A stretch of DNA of 32,000 bases from an uncultured Anaerofustis sp. (lineage in GTDB: Bacteria; Bacillota; Clostridia; Eubacteriales; Anaerofustaceae), in NCBI GenBank assembly GCA_963674555.1, contig OY771429.1:1311845-1343844 (forward strand), read 5' to 3'. The position numbers and the translations under genes were made by a program. The notes under the pieces are model-generated. The model searched no databases and was not told where the DNA came from. It saw nothing but the letters and a program-made list of their open reading frames with translations. Of the stretch, positions 9,478 through 18,244 are shown piece after piece. How positions within the stretch are numbered: the stretch's first letter is position 1; every line of letters begins with the position of its first letter.

Positions 9478-10782
9478 ATGAAATCAAAACAGATCAAAGT
9501 TATATCGATTATCTCTGCGATACTCATTCTTTTAGCAGGATGCGGTGTAGCGGATAATAACGAACAAGACACGCAATCTCAAGATCAGGGTGAGATGACA
9601 CTTGCGCAGGCTAACGCTATAGAAGAAGATATTTTAGCGTCGGTCGGATATACATCTTCAGTCGGCGGATACTCGATCGTCGATACGGGGCAGACTTTGT
9701 TTTACAGTGATTCGAGCGTGATCTCGATACAATACGAGGGTGACGCTTATTTCGGACAGGATGCCAATTACAGTACGAACGAAGCGAGTTATACGGATAA
9801 CGGGGACGGAACGATAACGGATAATGTAACGGGACTCATATGGCAGAAAGATCCGGGTGAGAAAATGACGTGGGCGGAAGCTGTAGAAGCTGCGGAAGAT
9901 TTTGAACTTGCGGGCTATGATGATTGGCGACTCCCAACGATCAAAGAGCTGTATTCCTTGATACTGTTCACGGGCATAACGGGAAAGGATGCCGAAAGTT
10001 CCGAGCCTTATATCGATACGGATTATTTTGTATTCACTTACGGAAACGAAACGGGTGAACGATTCATTGATTCCCAATACGCTACGAGTACGATCTACGA
10101 AAGCACAACAATGGGCGGATCGATCACGATGTTCGGCGTAAATTTCGCTGACGGCAGGATCAAGGGTTACCCGATCAATAAAACTTTTTATGTGATGTAC
10201 GTGCGGGGCAACACGAACTACGGTGTAAACGACTTTACAGATAACGGTGACGGAACGATAACCGATGAAGCTACGGGACTTATGTGGATGAAAGTTGACA
10301 GCGCGTACTTGCAGGCGGGATCAAACGGTGACGGCGCGATGGATTGGCAAGAAGCACTTGAGTGGGCGGAAGATCTGGAGTATGCGGGGTATGATGACTG
10401 GACACTGCCCGACGCCAAACAATTACAAAGCATCGTTGATTATACGAGATGCCCCGATATAACGGGATCAGCCGCGATCGATCCGATCTTTCAGGCGAGC
10501 GAGATCATTGATATCAGCGGTAATACCAATTACGCGAATTATTGGACGAGCACGACCCATCTGGACGGCGCGATAGAAGGCTCATTTGCCGTATATGTTT
10601 CATTCGGTGAAGCTTTGGGTGAAATGAACGGGGTTGTTCAAGACGTGCACGGTGCGGGTGCGCAACGTTCCGACCCGAAAAGCGGGGACATATCCGAGTA
10701 TCCGAAAGTCTTTTCACAAGCCCCGCAAGGCGATGTGCAGACAGTCTACAATTACGTGCGATTGGTGCGGGTGGTTGATTAA
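9478..10782 (+). CDS. Lipoprotein with two DUF1566 (Lcl C-terminal-like) domains
   Basis: Signal peptide with lipobox LLAGC. VDTGQT...YFGQDANY is followed by two copies of the TDNGDGTITD..TGL.W.K...M.W.EA.E.AED.E.AGYDDW.LP..K.L.S module. Confidence 0.75.
   Translation: MKSKQIKVISIISAILILLAGCGVADNNEQDTQSQDQGEMTLAQANAIEEDILASVGYTSSVGGYSIVDTGQTLFYSDSSVISIQYEGDAYFGQDANYSTNEASYTDNGDGTITDNVTGLIWQKDPGEKMTWAEAVEAAEDFELAGYDDWRLPTIKELYSLILFTGITGKDAESSEPYIDTDYFVFTYGNETGERFIDSQYATSTIYESTTMGGSITMFGVNFADGRIKGYPINKTFYVMYVRGNTNYGVNDFTDNGDGTITDEATGLMWMKVDSAYLQAGSNGDGAMDWQEALEWAEDLEYAGYDDWTLPDAKQLQSIVDYTRCPDITGSAAIDPIFQASEIIDISGNTNYANYWTSTTHLDGAIEGSFAVYVSFGEALGEMNGVVQDVHGAGAQRSDPKSGDISEYPKVFSQAPQGDVQTVYNYVRLVRVVD
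9790..9960 (+). repeat. Intragenic repeat copy 1 (DUF1566 core)
   Basis: GATAACGGGGACGGAACGATAACGGAT... is paralogous at nucleotide and protein level to 10234-10437. Confidence 0.6.
10234..10437 (+). repeat. Intragenic repeat copy 2 (DUF1566 core)
   Basis: GATAACGGTGACGGAACGATAACCGAT... It has the same motif order as copy 1, ending in GYDDWTLPDAKQLQSIV. Confidence 0.6.
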
Positions 10783-10791
10783 TCTAAAAAT

Positions 10792-10830
10792 AAGCCACCG
10801 CCCGGCTTTAAGAGCAGGCGGTGGCTTTTT
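10792..10830. terminator. Bidirectional rho-independent terminator
   Basis: GC-rich stem AAGCCACCGCC (10792-10802) / GGCGGTGGCTT (10817-10827), then TTT. An A-run on the left can serve the convergent antiporter gene. Confidence 0.85.
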
Positions 10831-10846
10831 ATAATCTTTTATTTGT

Positions 10847-11821
10847 TTATCCGCGCAGAGAAATATAGATGACATAAAGTATATACGTGCCGATCATCAA
10901 ACTGCCTGTCAAACGACCGACTTTTTTACGACTGAACATCGGGATATAGAACAGCAGACTGGAAACGATCAAAACGACCATATCGTATACGGCGTTTATA
11001 TCGGTTTGAATCGGATGGATCGCTGACGAAAGACCGAGCACCAAAAAAATGTTATAAATATTCGAGCCGATGATGTTCCCGAGCGCAATGTCGGCTTGTC
11101 CTTTTCGAGCTGCGATAACAGACGTTACACCTTCGGGTAAAGATGTACCGATGGCGATGACTGTTAAACCGATAAATGCCTCGCTGATATGTAATAAGCG
11201 CGCGATCGTGATCGACGCGTTGACGATCAACTGTCCGCCTAGAATAACGCCCAATAGCCCGACAAGTATAAGGCCGGTGTGTTTAAGGTAGAATTTTTTC
11301 GGTTTCTTCGAGGCTGCTTGAACATCAACATTAGGCATGGTAAGTTGTCTGTTCTGCCTGGTCTCAGACACCGTAAAATAGAGGAAGATCCCGAAGAAGA
11401 TCAATAACACGAGACCGTCACCGTGAGAGAGGATCATACTGCTCTCGTCGGATAGAAATGTATCATATGAAAGAAATAATAATGAAAGCGCCGCGACGAT
11501 CGAATACGGATAATTCTTCGATAAAATGGATTTATTGATCTGAAACGGTTTGATCGTTGCGATGACACCGCCGACTAGCAGTAAATTTATAAGGCAAGAA
11601 CCGATGACATTTCCGATGGCTATCTCATTACTGCCTTTGAATGCCGCAGTTAAACTGACGGATAATTCAGGCGCGCTCGTACCGAACGCGATGATCGTCA
11701 TGCCGATGATATGCGCAGGGATCCTGAATTGTTCGGCGATGAGCGATGAACTGTCCACAAACCAATCTGCGCCTTTGATAAGTAGTATAAATCCTGCTGC
11801 CAACAATATGACTGATTGCAT
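10847..11821 (-). CDS. Ca2+/Na+ (CaCA, YrbG-type) antiporter
   Basis: Two alpha-repeat motifs, GTSAPELSVS and GTSLPEGVTS. The ORF track extends to 11872, but the Met at 11821 (MQSVILLAAGF...) has an excellent SD (GGGAGGG, about 5 nt spacing) and the typical family N-terminus. Confidence 0.8.
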   Translation of the reverse strand: MQSVILLAAGFILLIKGADWFVDSSSLIAEQFRIPAHIIGMTIIAFGTSAPELSVSLTAAFKGSNEIAIGNVIGSCLINLLLVGGVIATIKPFQINKSILSKNYPYSIVAALSLLFLSYDTFLSDESSMILSHGDGLVLLIFFGIFLYFTVSETRQNRQLTMPNVDVQAASKKPKKFYLKHTGLILVGLLGVILGGQLIVNASITIARLLHISEAFIGLTVIAIGTSLPEGVTSVIAARKGQADIALGNIIGSNIYNIFLVLGLSSAIHPIQTDINAVYDMVVLIVSSLLFYIPMFSRKKVGRLTGSLMIGTYILYVIYISLRG

Positions 11822-11920
11822 TCTTTCCCTCCCAAATCGAGCAAACCATTTGATGTTTTTGCTATAAAACATTATATCATATGCTCCCGTTGCGGGATAG
11901 ATGTATCTTACAGCAAATAA

Positions 11921-11951
11921 AAAAGCGTATCGTTTATATCGATACGCTTTT
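11921..11951 (-). terminator. Rho-independent terminator downstream of the flavodoxin-like gene
   Basis: 12-bp stem AAAAGCGTATCG (11921-11932) / CGATACGCTTTT (11940-11951). There is a T-run on the minus strand (the A-run at 11919-11924). Confidence 0.75.
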
Positions 11952-11959
11952 ATGTTTTT

Positions 11960-12613
11960 TTAAATCAATTTATTCGTCAATCTAACGCCCATTTCAAAAG
12001 CTTTTTCGCAGTCGATCGGGAATTGTTCTTCCTTGACCTGCAATTTATGCTCGGGGTCGAACCGAGATGATTCGTATCTATCGTAATCGTCAAATTGTGT
12101 CGTATCGCAAGCCATCAGATATTCGGAAGGACCGTTAAAGAATCTCTGCAAGCGATTTTCCAATGCGTCGAATACTGTTATCTGTCCGCTTTCGAGCGCA
12201 ATCTTATACGGAATATTCATTGTATAGATCGAGGCTGTTGATATCGTTCGCGAGAAATGCGGAGGCTCATCCTCATTATATGATAATAATGAGAAAAACA
12301 ATCGTTCCATAAAGGAGAGCATTTCACCCGTGATATTTCCGAAGTAGACGGGAGAGCCTAATAATAAACCGTCACAGGTCAAGATCTTTTCAAGCAACGG
12401 ACTTAAATCGTCTTTCATCGTGCAGTGTCCGATATTGGCTGAACCCTTTATCTTGCAACCGAAACAGCTTGTGCATCCTTGATACTTCAAATCATACAAG
12501 TGGAACAATTCGACGTTTGCTCCTTTGGATTCGGCACCTTCGATCGCTTTTTGCAATAAAGTTGCGGTGTTCCATTTTTTTCGGGGACTTCCGTTGATCG
12601 CTATAATGTTCAT
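11960..12613 (-). CDS. Flavodoxin-like fold NAD(P)H-dependent FMN oxidoreductase (iron-sulfur flavoprotein-like)
   Basis: The N-terminal INGSPRK..NT and a Cys cluster (CTSCFGCK...GHC) are typical of this family. The SD GGAGG is 6 nt upstream of the ATG. Confidence 0.7.
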   Translation of the reverse strand: MNIIAINGSPRKKWNTATLLQKAIEGAESKGANVELFHLYDLKYQGCTSCFGCKIKGSANIGHCTMKDDLSPLLEKILTCDGLLLGSPVYFGNITGEMLSFMERLFFSLLSYNEDEPPHFSRTISTASIYTMNIPYKIALESGQITVFDALENRLQRFFNGPSEYLMACDTTQFDDYDRYESSRFDPEHKLQVKEEQFPIDCEKAFEMGVRLTNKLI

Positions 12614-12682
12614 AAGAAACCTCCATTAAAAATATTAATCTGATTTTTGATCGTTCAAATAAATAAGAGATCTTTTTATCAG

Positions 12683-12711
12683 TTTATCATATCAGACCCA
12701 TAAACTGTCAA
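12683..12711 (-). promoter_or_regulatory. Putative promoter of the flavodoxin-like gene
   Basis: On the minus strand: TTGACA (12711-12706), 17-nt spacer, GATAAA (12688-12683). The -10 is weak. Confidence 0.4.
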
Positions 12712-12719
12712 GCGCTTTG

Positions 12720-12747
12720 TTGACATCATGATCGCTATGATGATAAT
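12720..12747 (+). promoter_or_regulatory. Putative promoter driving the leader/sORF and VOC gene
   Basis: TTGACA (12720-12725), 16-nt spacer, GATAAT (12742-12747). It lies back-to-back with the minus-strand -35. Confidence 0.5.
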
Positions 12748-12932
12748 AAAATAATTATACATGTTTTTAAAAGAAAATGAAATATGCATTTTTTTGGAGA
12801 TCACTGCGCTTAAGCCAGATATATTTAAGGGGGTGGAATGACCGAATATATGCATCATATTCTGATTATTGTTGTTTTTTTAGCATATACAAAATATAAT
12901 GATAATAATAAATGCTTAAAGGAGATATTAAG

Positions 12933-13295
12933 ATGAACTATATACATACGACTTTACAAGTAAAAGACATGGAGGAATCCTTAAAATTTTATCAAGAGAT
13001 CGTAGGACTTGAGATAAGCAGACAATTCGACGCGGGACCTGACAGAAAGATCGTATTTTTAGGCAGCGGTGAAACAAAAATAGAATTGATCTACAGTCCC
13101 GAAAATAAAACCGTCGATATCGGCAACGATATCTCAATAGGTTTTGAAACGGAATCGGTCGATGAGATGATGGCGTTTGTACAGGAGAAAGGCGTTGCGA
13201 TACACAGCGGACCGTTTGAGCCGAACCCGAATACAAGGTTCTTTTATGTGCAAGACCCTAACGGTTTGCGTGTGCAATTTGCCGAACATAAATAG
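12933..13295 (+). CDS. VOC family protein (glyoxalase I / lactoylglutathione lyase-like)
   Basis: 120 aa beta-alpha-beta-beta-beta fold pattern (IHTTLQVKDMEESLKFY..IVGL, ...FYVQDPNGLRVQF). I chose the ATG at 12933 because the SD AAAGGAG lies 7 nt upstream; the ORF-track start at 12912 overlaps that SD. Confidence 0.8.
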   Translation: MNYIHTTLQVKDMEESLKFYQEIVGLEISRQFDAGPDRKIVFLGSGETKIELIYSPENKTVDIGNDISIGFETESVDEMMAFVQEKGVAIHSGPFEPNPNTRFFYVQDPNGLRVQFAEHK

Positions 13296-13322
13296 CTCGA
13301 CTTATAAAATCTTTCAGGAGTT

Positions 13323-13649
13323 ATGATGACAAATAAAGAGCAGGGGACTCCCTCAACAAGCGCATGGATCGCATTTGCTGCGGGACTCATCAGTTTGATC
13401 GCTTTACCTATAATTGCCTTGATCGGAGCATTGATCGAAGATGTCGGCATGATGGCACCGTTTGTTCGGATCGTTTTTCCTTCCGCGTCCATCGCGATCA
13501 TTTTGGGTGGGATGCGTCGCAAACATCTCGAAGAAAGTAAACGCGGGCAAAAGCTGGCGAAGATCGGGATGATCACAGGTATCGTTACGGTAACAGTGAT
13601 CGTGCTTTTGATCTTGTTTGTGTTGATCATTTTTGCTCCCGGATCTTAA
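13323..13649 (+). CDS. Small membrane protein, DUF4190-like
   Basis: Hydrophobic helices flank a basic loop (GGMRRKHLEESKRGQKLAKIGMITG), as I recall for DUF4190. The start may be the second ATG (13326), given the SD AGGAG position. Confidence 0.5.
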   Translation: MMTNKEQGTPSTSAWIAFAAGLISLIALPIIALIGALIEDVGMMAPFVRIVFPSASIAIILGGMRRKHLEESKRGQKLAKIGMITGIVTVTVIVLLILFVLIIFAPGS

Positions 13650-13674
13650 CGCTAAATCTATTTATACACAAAAT

Positions 13675-13703
13675 AAAAGAGACTGCTTTGCAGTCTCTTT
13701 TTT
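13675..13703. terminator. Bidirectional rho-independent terminator
   Basis: Stem AAAAGAGACTGC (13675-13686) / GCAGTCTCTTTT (13690-13701), with flanking A and T runs. It lies between convergent genes. Confidence 0.75.
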
Positions 13704-13704
13704 G

Positions 13705-14694
13705 TCATTTGTTTTTATTGAACATCTTTGGTATATTGAACATAAGTGCTAAGACCAATACCAATCCGTATTCAATGATCGGTATCCAAGTGATCTCATG
13801 GATACGCGCGATCGTCCTTACGTTAAACAAAAGACCGCTGTACACGAGAAGGACGCCGATGACATAGACAGTTGACCAAGAAATGATCGCTTTTTTGGAT
13901 AGATCCAATCCGTATAACTGAGTAACGACGAATATCGCTCCGAACCCGAAGAAAAACATCGGCCATATACCGTTGTTTTGTAAGAGCGCTACCGCTGTTC
14001 CGTGGAAAAGCACCATGACTTCCAGCGTGAAAGTCCAATATTTATTGGTATGTACCGACGTATAAGCCATAGATAATTGTAATAATAAGATGAACATATA
14101 AAAGAAACCGAATAAATGCCCCGGTGTATTTTCCATCGGATGGAACCAGAATGTATAGATCAAAGCCCAAGCGATATAGATGCCGTGGAATTTATAGACG
14201 GGCGGCGCGGCGTTTGTTACGAATTTTAGTTTTTTACCGAAGAACAAACCTCTTCTACTGTTTTCCATCAAGAGTATCAAAACGAGCATGCCGATCACAG
14301 AGAATTGTGAGGACCAAACCGATACGTCTTGCGCAAGTCCGTCATACCATAACCCCGTTTGAACGAAATGTAAAAGTACGAATATGAAATTTGTCGCAAG
14401 CAGAAAGCGATTGTATTTACTGATCTTGCCGTTTATCCTGTTCGGGTCTTTTTTTAATTTATACATAAAGAACCAAACAAGTCCCAAATGAAGTGCAAAC
14501 AATGTCCAAGCACTGATACGCGCGTATATATTGACGGCAGGCAGTTTCCAGTAATACCAAGAAGCGCCCGTATCGGGCAGATGCGGGATATCGACAAGCA
14601 ATCTTCCGAAGAAATAGGTCACAAGCGTTAACCCAAGGCAGACCGCGATACCGATAAAAAGGGTTTTTTGTTCTTTTTTTGAATTGCTATCCAT
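13705..14694 (-). CDS. Uncharacterised polytopic membrane protein (about 9-10 TM by eye)
   Basis: 329 aa with repeated hydrophobic segments, several carrying His. The SD AGGAG is 8 nt upstream of the ATG. I do not recognise the family. Confidence 0.6.
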   Translation of the reverse strand: MDSNSKKEQKTLFIGIAVCLGLTLVTYFFGRLLVDIPHLPDTGASWYYWKLPAVNIYARISAWTLFALHLGLVWFFMYKLKKDPNRINGKISKYNRFLLATNFIFVLLHFVQTGLWYDGLAQDVSVWSSQFSVIGMLVLILLMENSRRGLFFGKKLKFVTNAAPPVYKFHGIYIAWALIYTFWFHPMENTPGHLFGFFYMFILLLQLSMAYTSVHTNKYWTFTLEVMVLFHGTAVALLQNNGIWPMFFFGFGAIFVVTQLYGLDLSKKAIISWSTVYVIGVLLVYSGLLFNVRTIARIHEITWIPIIEYGLVLVLALMFNIPKMFNKNK

Positions 14695-14827
14695 ATGTAC
14701 TTCTCCTATTAATAGATACGATTTGATTTATTGTGTATATTATACAATATAGGAATTTGATATTTCAAATGATATTGCATTTGTTTTGAACCTTATATTT
14801 TCGCTGAGTAGCAGGAAATGAAATTTC

Positions 14828-14856
14828 TTGTGTTACGTTCAAATCATTGTTAAAAT
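14828..14856 (+). promoter_or_regulatory. Putative promoter of the SnoaL-like/SDR pair
   Basis: TTGTGT (14828-14833), 17-nt spacer, extended -10 TGTTAAAAT (14848-14856). The implied TSS lies downstream of the ORF-track start at 14847, which supports the 14886 start. Confidence 0.55.
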
Positions 14857-14885
14857 ATATACAAACAAAAAAAAGGAAAATCATT

Positions 14886-15362
14886 ATGGATCAAATGCAA
14901 ACAGATAACAATAACGAGATAGAGCGACTCTATGATCTTACCATGGAAGACATCTTACGATTATGGTCCCAAACATATAATACCAACGGTAAGCCCGACT
15001 GGTCGCACATCTATCCGTATTATCATCCCGATATCGTTTTTCAGGATTCGATACAAAGATTGGAAGGGATCGACACGTTCCGCGCGATGTGCGAACGCCT
15101 GACGAAACGCTGCAAGGAATTGCATATGGATATTACGGCGATCGCCGAAGGTGAAGATTTTATCTTGATGGAATGGATAATGACGATGTCTTTCCGTCGC
15201 TCTCCGAGTACGCCGATCTACGGTTGTACAAAGCTGACTTTTCACGCGGACGGACGGATCATAGCGCAAAGAGATTATTATGATCTGTGGGGAGATATAT
15301 ACAACGGTATCCCGTACTTCAGACGGGTCTACCGCGCGTTTATGCGTAAGTTTTTCGGATAG
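14886..15362 (+). CDS. SnoaL-like / NTF2-fold family protein
   Basis: About 158 aa. The pattern (...YHPDIVFQDSIQRLEGIDTFRAM...ILMEW.M......TPIYGCTKLTFHADGRIIAQRDYYD) is typical of the SnoaL/NTF2-like fold. The SD AAAGGAAAA precedes the 14886 ATG. Confidence 0.65.
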   Translation: MDQMQTDNNNEIERLYDLTMEDILRLWSQTYNTNGKPDWSHIYPYYHPDIVFQDSIQRLEGIDTFRAMCERLTKRCKELHMDITAIAEGEDFILMEWIMTMSFRRSPSTPIYGCTKLTFHADGRIIAQRDYYDLWGDIYNGIPYFRRVYRAFMRKFFG

Positions 15363-15371
15363 GGGATTACG

Positions 15372-16289
15372 ATGAAAAGAAAATTACCGGATGAATTGAT
15401 CTTTCTGCAAAACAGGAACCTGCCGCAAAAGACGACCGACGCTTCCATGCAAGGAAAAGTATGCGTGATCACCGGCGCTACTTCAGGTGTGGGCTATGAA
15501 AGCGCGAAAAAACTCGCCGAAGGCGGAGCGTCTCTCGTAATGATCAGCCGAAATAAAGAAAAGGCGGAGAGGGTCGCCGCTGAACTTCATAAGAATTACA
15601 ATGCGCAAGTTGATATTATCATCGCTGATCTGAGCGATTTAAAACAAGTGCGAAAAGCAGCCGAACAGGTTTTATCCGACTATCCAAAGATAGACGTGCT
15701 TATCAACAGCGCGGGATTGCATTCAACGACAAAGACCTATAACTCGGAAGGGTTTGAAACGGTATTTTGTGTCAATCATTTGGCAGCGTTTCTATTGACT
15801 TATCTACTGCTTGGCAGATTGAAGGAAAACGAACATGCGCGTATCATTCAAGTGAATTCCGAAGGGCATAGATTCAACGGGCTTAATCCCGATGATCTGA
15901 ACTGGAAAAAGAGATTCTATACGGGACTCAGAGGATACGGTGCTTCGAAGACAGCGCAATTGCTTACCGTATGGGAATTTGCCGATATGCTAAGAGAAAC
16001 CAACGTGACCATCAACGCGATGCATCCGGGGGATGTGCGCACGAACATTGGAAACAACAACGGTTGGTTGTACAGGTTTTTTTTAAGACATTTTACTTGG
16101 CATTTTTTACGTGACCCGAGTGTATCGGGCGAAGCGGTATATTATCTTGCAGCCGCACCTGAAATGCAAAATGTAAGCGGTCGTTTTTATCATTTGACGG
16201 TCGAAGAAAAACCCGCCAAACACGCGCTCGATCGTACGGTGGGTAAACGTATCTGGGATCAGAGCATGCGTATGACGGGATTAGCATGA
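15372..16289 (+). CDS. Short-chain dehydrogenase/reductase (retinol-dehydrogenase-like classical SDR)
   Basis: Cofactor motif TGATSGVG, NSAG, and catalytic Y..SK (YGASK). Confidence 0.85.
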   Translation: MKRKLPDELIFLQNRNLPQKTTDASMQGKVCVITGATSGVGYESAKKLAEGGASLVMISRNKEKAERVAAELHKNYNAQVDIIIADLSDLKQVRKAAEQVLSDYPKIDVLINSAGLHSTTKTYNSEGFETVFCVNHLAAFLLTYLLLGRLKENEHARIIQVNSEGHRFNGLNPDDLNWKKRFYTGLRGYGASKTAQLLTVWEFADMLRETNVTINAMHPGDVRTNIGNNNGWLYRFFLRHFTWHFLRDPSVSGEAVYYLAAAPEMQNVSGRFYHLTVEEKPAKHALDRTVGKRIWDQSMRMTGLA

Positions 16290-16298
16290 TTCGTTAAT

Positions 16299-17906
16299 TT
16301 ATTTTAGTTCTTTGATAACGCGGTTTGCGGCAAGTTTTCCTGTCAAAATCGAGATCGGAAATCCCGAAGGACTGTAAGACCACTGTCCCGCTTGCAGCAC
16401 ATTGGGTATCGGTGTTAATACGGAGCGGGATACTTTTTTTAGATCATTTACAGCTGGTATATTTCGATTGGTAAATGCCCAGCCTGTGATCGCGCCGTCG
16501 GAGTTTCCCGTGCGTTTTTCAATCGTAAGCGGTGTGGAGGTAAACGCATCGATGATATGCTCTTTCAACGATGGATATACAGTCGCATCCAATATGTCGA
16601 TGATCGTATCTTGACAAAGTTCTTTAAACTCTTCGTACCAACCCATATCCGCTATATGCTTTACAAGAGAATGATCCATCAACGTGCTTACGATCAGACC
16701 TGTCTGACCTTTCGGCGCAAGTGATTCATCTCGGAGCACAGGGATCGATATTTCAAACGTTGTCAATTCACAGTATCGTTTGACCCAATCGAATATCGCT
16801 TCTTTATCTTTTGTGTATGCTGTCACATTATCTGATGTATCGATCTTTAATTCATCGATATTGATATTGGATAAGCCTTTTTTGTAGGGTGTATAAAATA
16901 AATGCGGGCTGTGTATGTCTGCGAAAACCGATCGATCGATATCAGCACTGATATATAAAGTAAAGACCGAATCGCCTCCGCTCATATTCGAAAGTTCCGC
17001 TTTGCGATCGAGGATCGCTTTTTTTGTTTGCGCGTTTGCAACAGAATCGATGTCGACTACATTATAAAGCGCTTTTAAGTCCGCCGCCCAGATCAATTTT
17101 TTATAAGAATAAATCGTTCCGTTTTGATCGGTCGCTTCCTTTTTATCGATATCGATCTTTTCAATAGTCGTATCCATCATGATCTTTCCGTTATGATCTT
17201 TGATGAAATCGGTGATCTTATCGATCAACACACCTGTTCCGCCTTTGGGATAGGCATAATCGAGATAAAGGCTGATATAACTTAGCGCAAAAGATGTCGG
17301 TGTGTTCTTGAAAAAATGTTGTGCGATCATATCGATCAACACAGGATCATCGGTAAGTTTCTTTAAATAATCTTCAACGGGTTCGTTTAATTTATTGACT
17401 TTACCGATGGTAAAAATGAATTTGAACAACCAAGGAAAGACGGTTTTGATAAAATAATCCCTGTCTTTTTTGATATCGAGGAATATCGGGTTATCCACTC
17501 CGTACATAATGTCCATATTTTGCATGATCTTGCTGATCACGTCGATGATGTTTTTTATGTCCTGTGCTTTTTCCGGAAATTGTCGAATGAGCAAGTCCCG
17601 GTATGTCTGCAGGCTCTTTTTCGAATCAAACGTAATGATATCATCTTCGATGCCGACCGAAACGGGATTATCTAAGAAATCCACGTTGATACCCAACTGA
17701 CGAAGCATGGGCTGAACGATACCCGAGTCTTCGATCGCGCGTATACCGCCGTCAAAAACAAAACCGTTACGTTCAAATGAACCTACAAGTCCGCCCAATT
17801 TTCTTTCTTTCTCACAGATGAGAATATTGTGACCTTCTTTTGATAGAAAAGCCGCTGCGGTCAAACCCGCGATGCCTCCGCCTACGATCAAAGCATCGTA
17901 CTGCAT
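16299..17906 (-). CDS. FAD-dependent oxidoreductase, phytoene desaturase (CrtI)/RetSat-like family
   Basis: N-terminal dinucleotide fold YDALIVGGGIAGLTAAAFLSKEGHNILICEKERKLGG. 535 aa, the COG1233-like length. The SD GAGGAG is upstream. Confidence 0.75.
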   Translation of the reverse strand: MQYDALIVGGGIAGLTAAAFLSKEGHNILICEKERKLGGLVGSFERNGFVFDGGIRAIEDSGIVQPMLRQLGINVDFLDNPVSVGIEDDIITFDSKKSLQTYRDLLIRQFPEKAQDIKNIIDVISKIMQNMDIMYGVDNPIFLDIKKDRDYFIKTVFPWLFKFIFTIGKVNKLNEPVEDYLKKLTDDPVLIDMIAQHFFKNTPTSFALSYISLYLDYAYPKGGTGVLIDKITDFIKDHNGKIMMDTTIEKIDIDKKEATDQNGTIYSYKKLIWAADLKALYNVVDIDSVANAQTKKAILDRKAELSNMSGGDSVFTLYISADIDRSVFADIHSPHLFYTPYKKGLSNINIDELKIDTSDNVTAYTKDKEAIFDWVKRYCELTTFEISIPVLRDESLAPKGQTGLIVSTLMDHSLVKHIADMGWYEEFKELCQDTIIDILDATVYPSLKEHIIDAFTSTPLTIEKRTGNSDGAITGWAFTNRNIPAVNDLKKVSRSVLTPIPNVLQAGQWSYSPSGFPISILTGKLAANRVIKELK

Positions 17907-17960
17907 ATAGGATCTCCTCTCAGTCTCATAAAGTGAATATATCGAAAGATATTTTTATTT

Positions 17961-17969
17961 ATTATAGCA
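17961..17969 (-). promoter_or_regulatory. Extended -10 element (TGCTATAAT) for the CrtI-like gene
   Basis: The minus strand reads TGCTATAAT. No good -35 is present. It is about 55 nt upstream of the ATG at 17906. Confidence 0.45.
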
Positions 17970-18244
17970 TAATCGTCAAATGTTTTCTTGATTTTTTGCA
18001 GATCCATCTCGGACTTTTTCTTATGGAAATTCAAAATTGCTTTTAGGCCTTTTTATAAAAACTATTTTTATTGAATAATGCAATAAAAATCACAGATTGA
18101 TTTTGTAACTATAGTATTTCAGTATATTATATATTTATAAGGTCAATTTTTCTGATCGATATTCAACTTAGCATAGCACAAAAAAAAGTATTTCAATGAC
18201 ATATATCGATCGTGCTTAAATTGCGAATTGCGGAGGGAGAAAAC

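Noticed and set aside
12706-12725. Inverted repeat TGTCAA-N8-TTGACA, which could be an operator.
   Set aside because: It is more simply explained as two back-to-back -35 hexamers of divergent promoters for the flavodoxin-like gene and the VOC leader.
12777-12899. Alternative 40-codon sORF (MKYAFFWRSLRLSQ...) in the VOC leader.
   Set aside because: It has no credible SD (AAAAGAAA only), and its composition looks like out-of-frame noise. The overlapping 12838 sORF has better support.
14734-14770. 13-bp palindrome TGTATATTATACA (14734-14746) and ATTTGA-TATT-TCAAAT (14755-14770) in the divergent promoter region.
   Set aside because: These are short AT-only palindromes in AT-rich intergenic DNA and are expected by chance. 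There is no adjacent regulator gene. I mention them only as possible operators.
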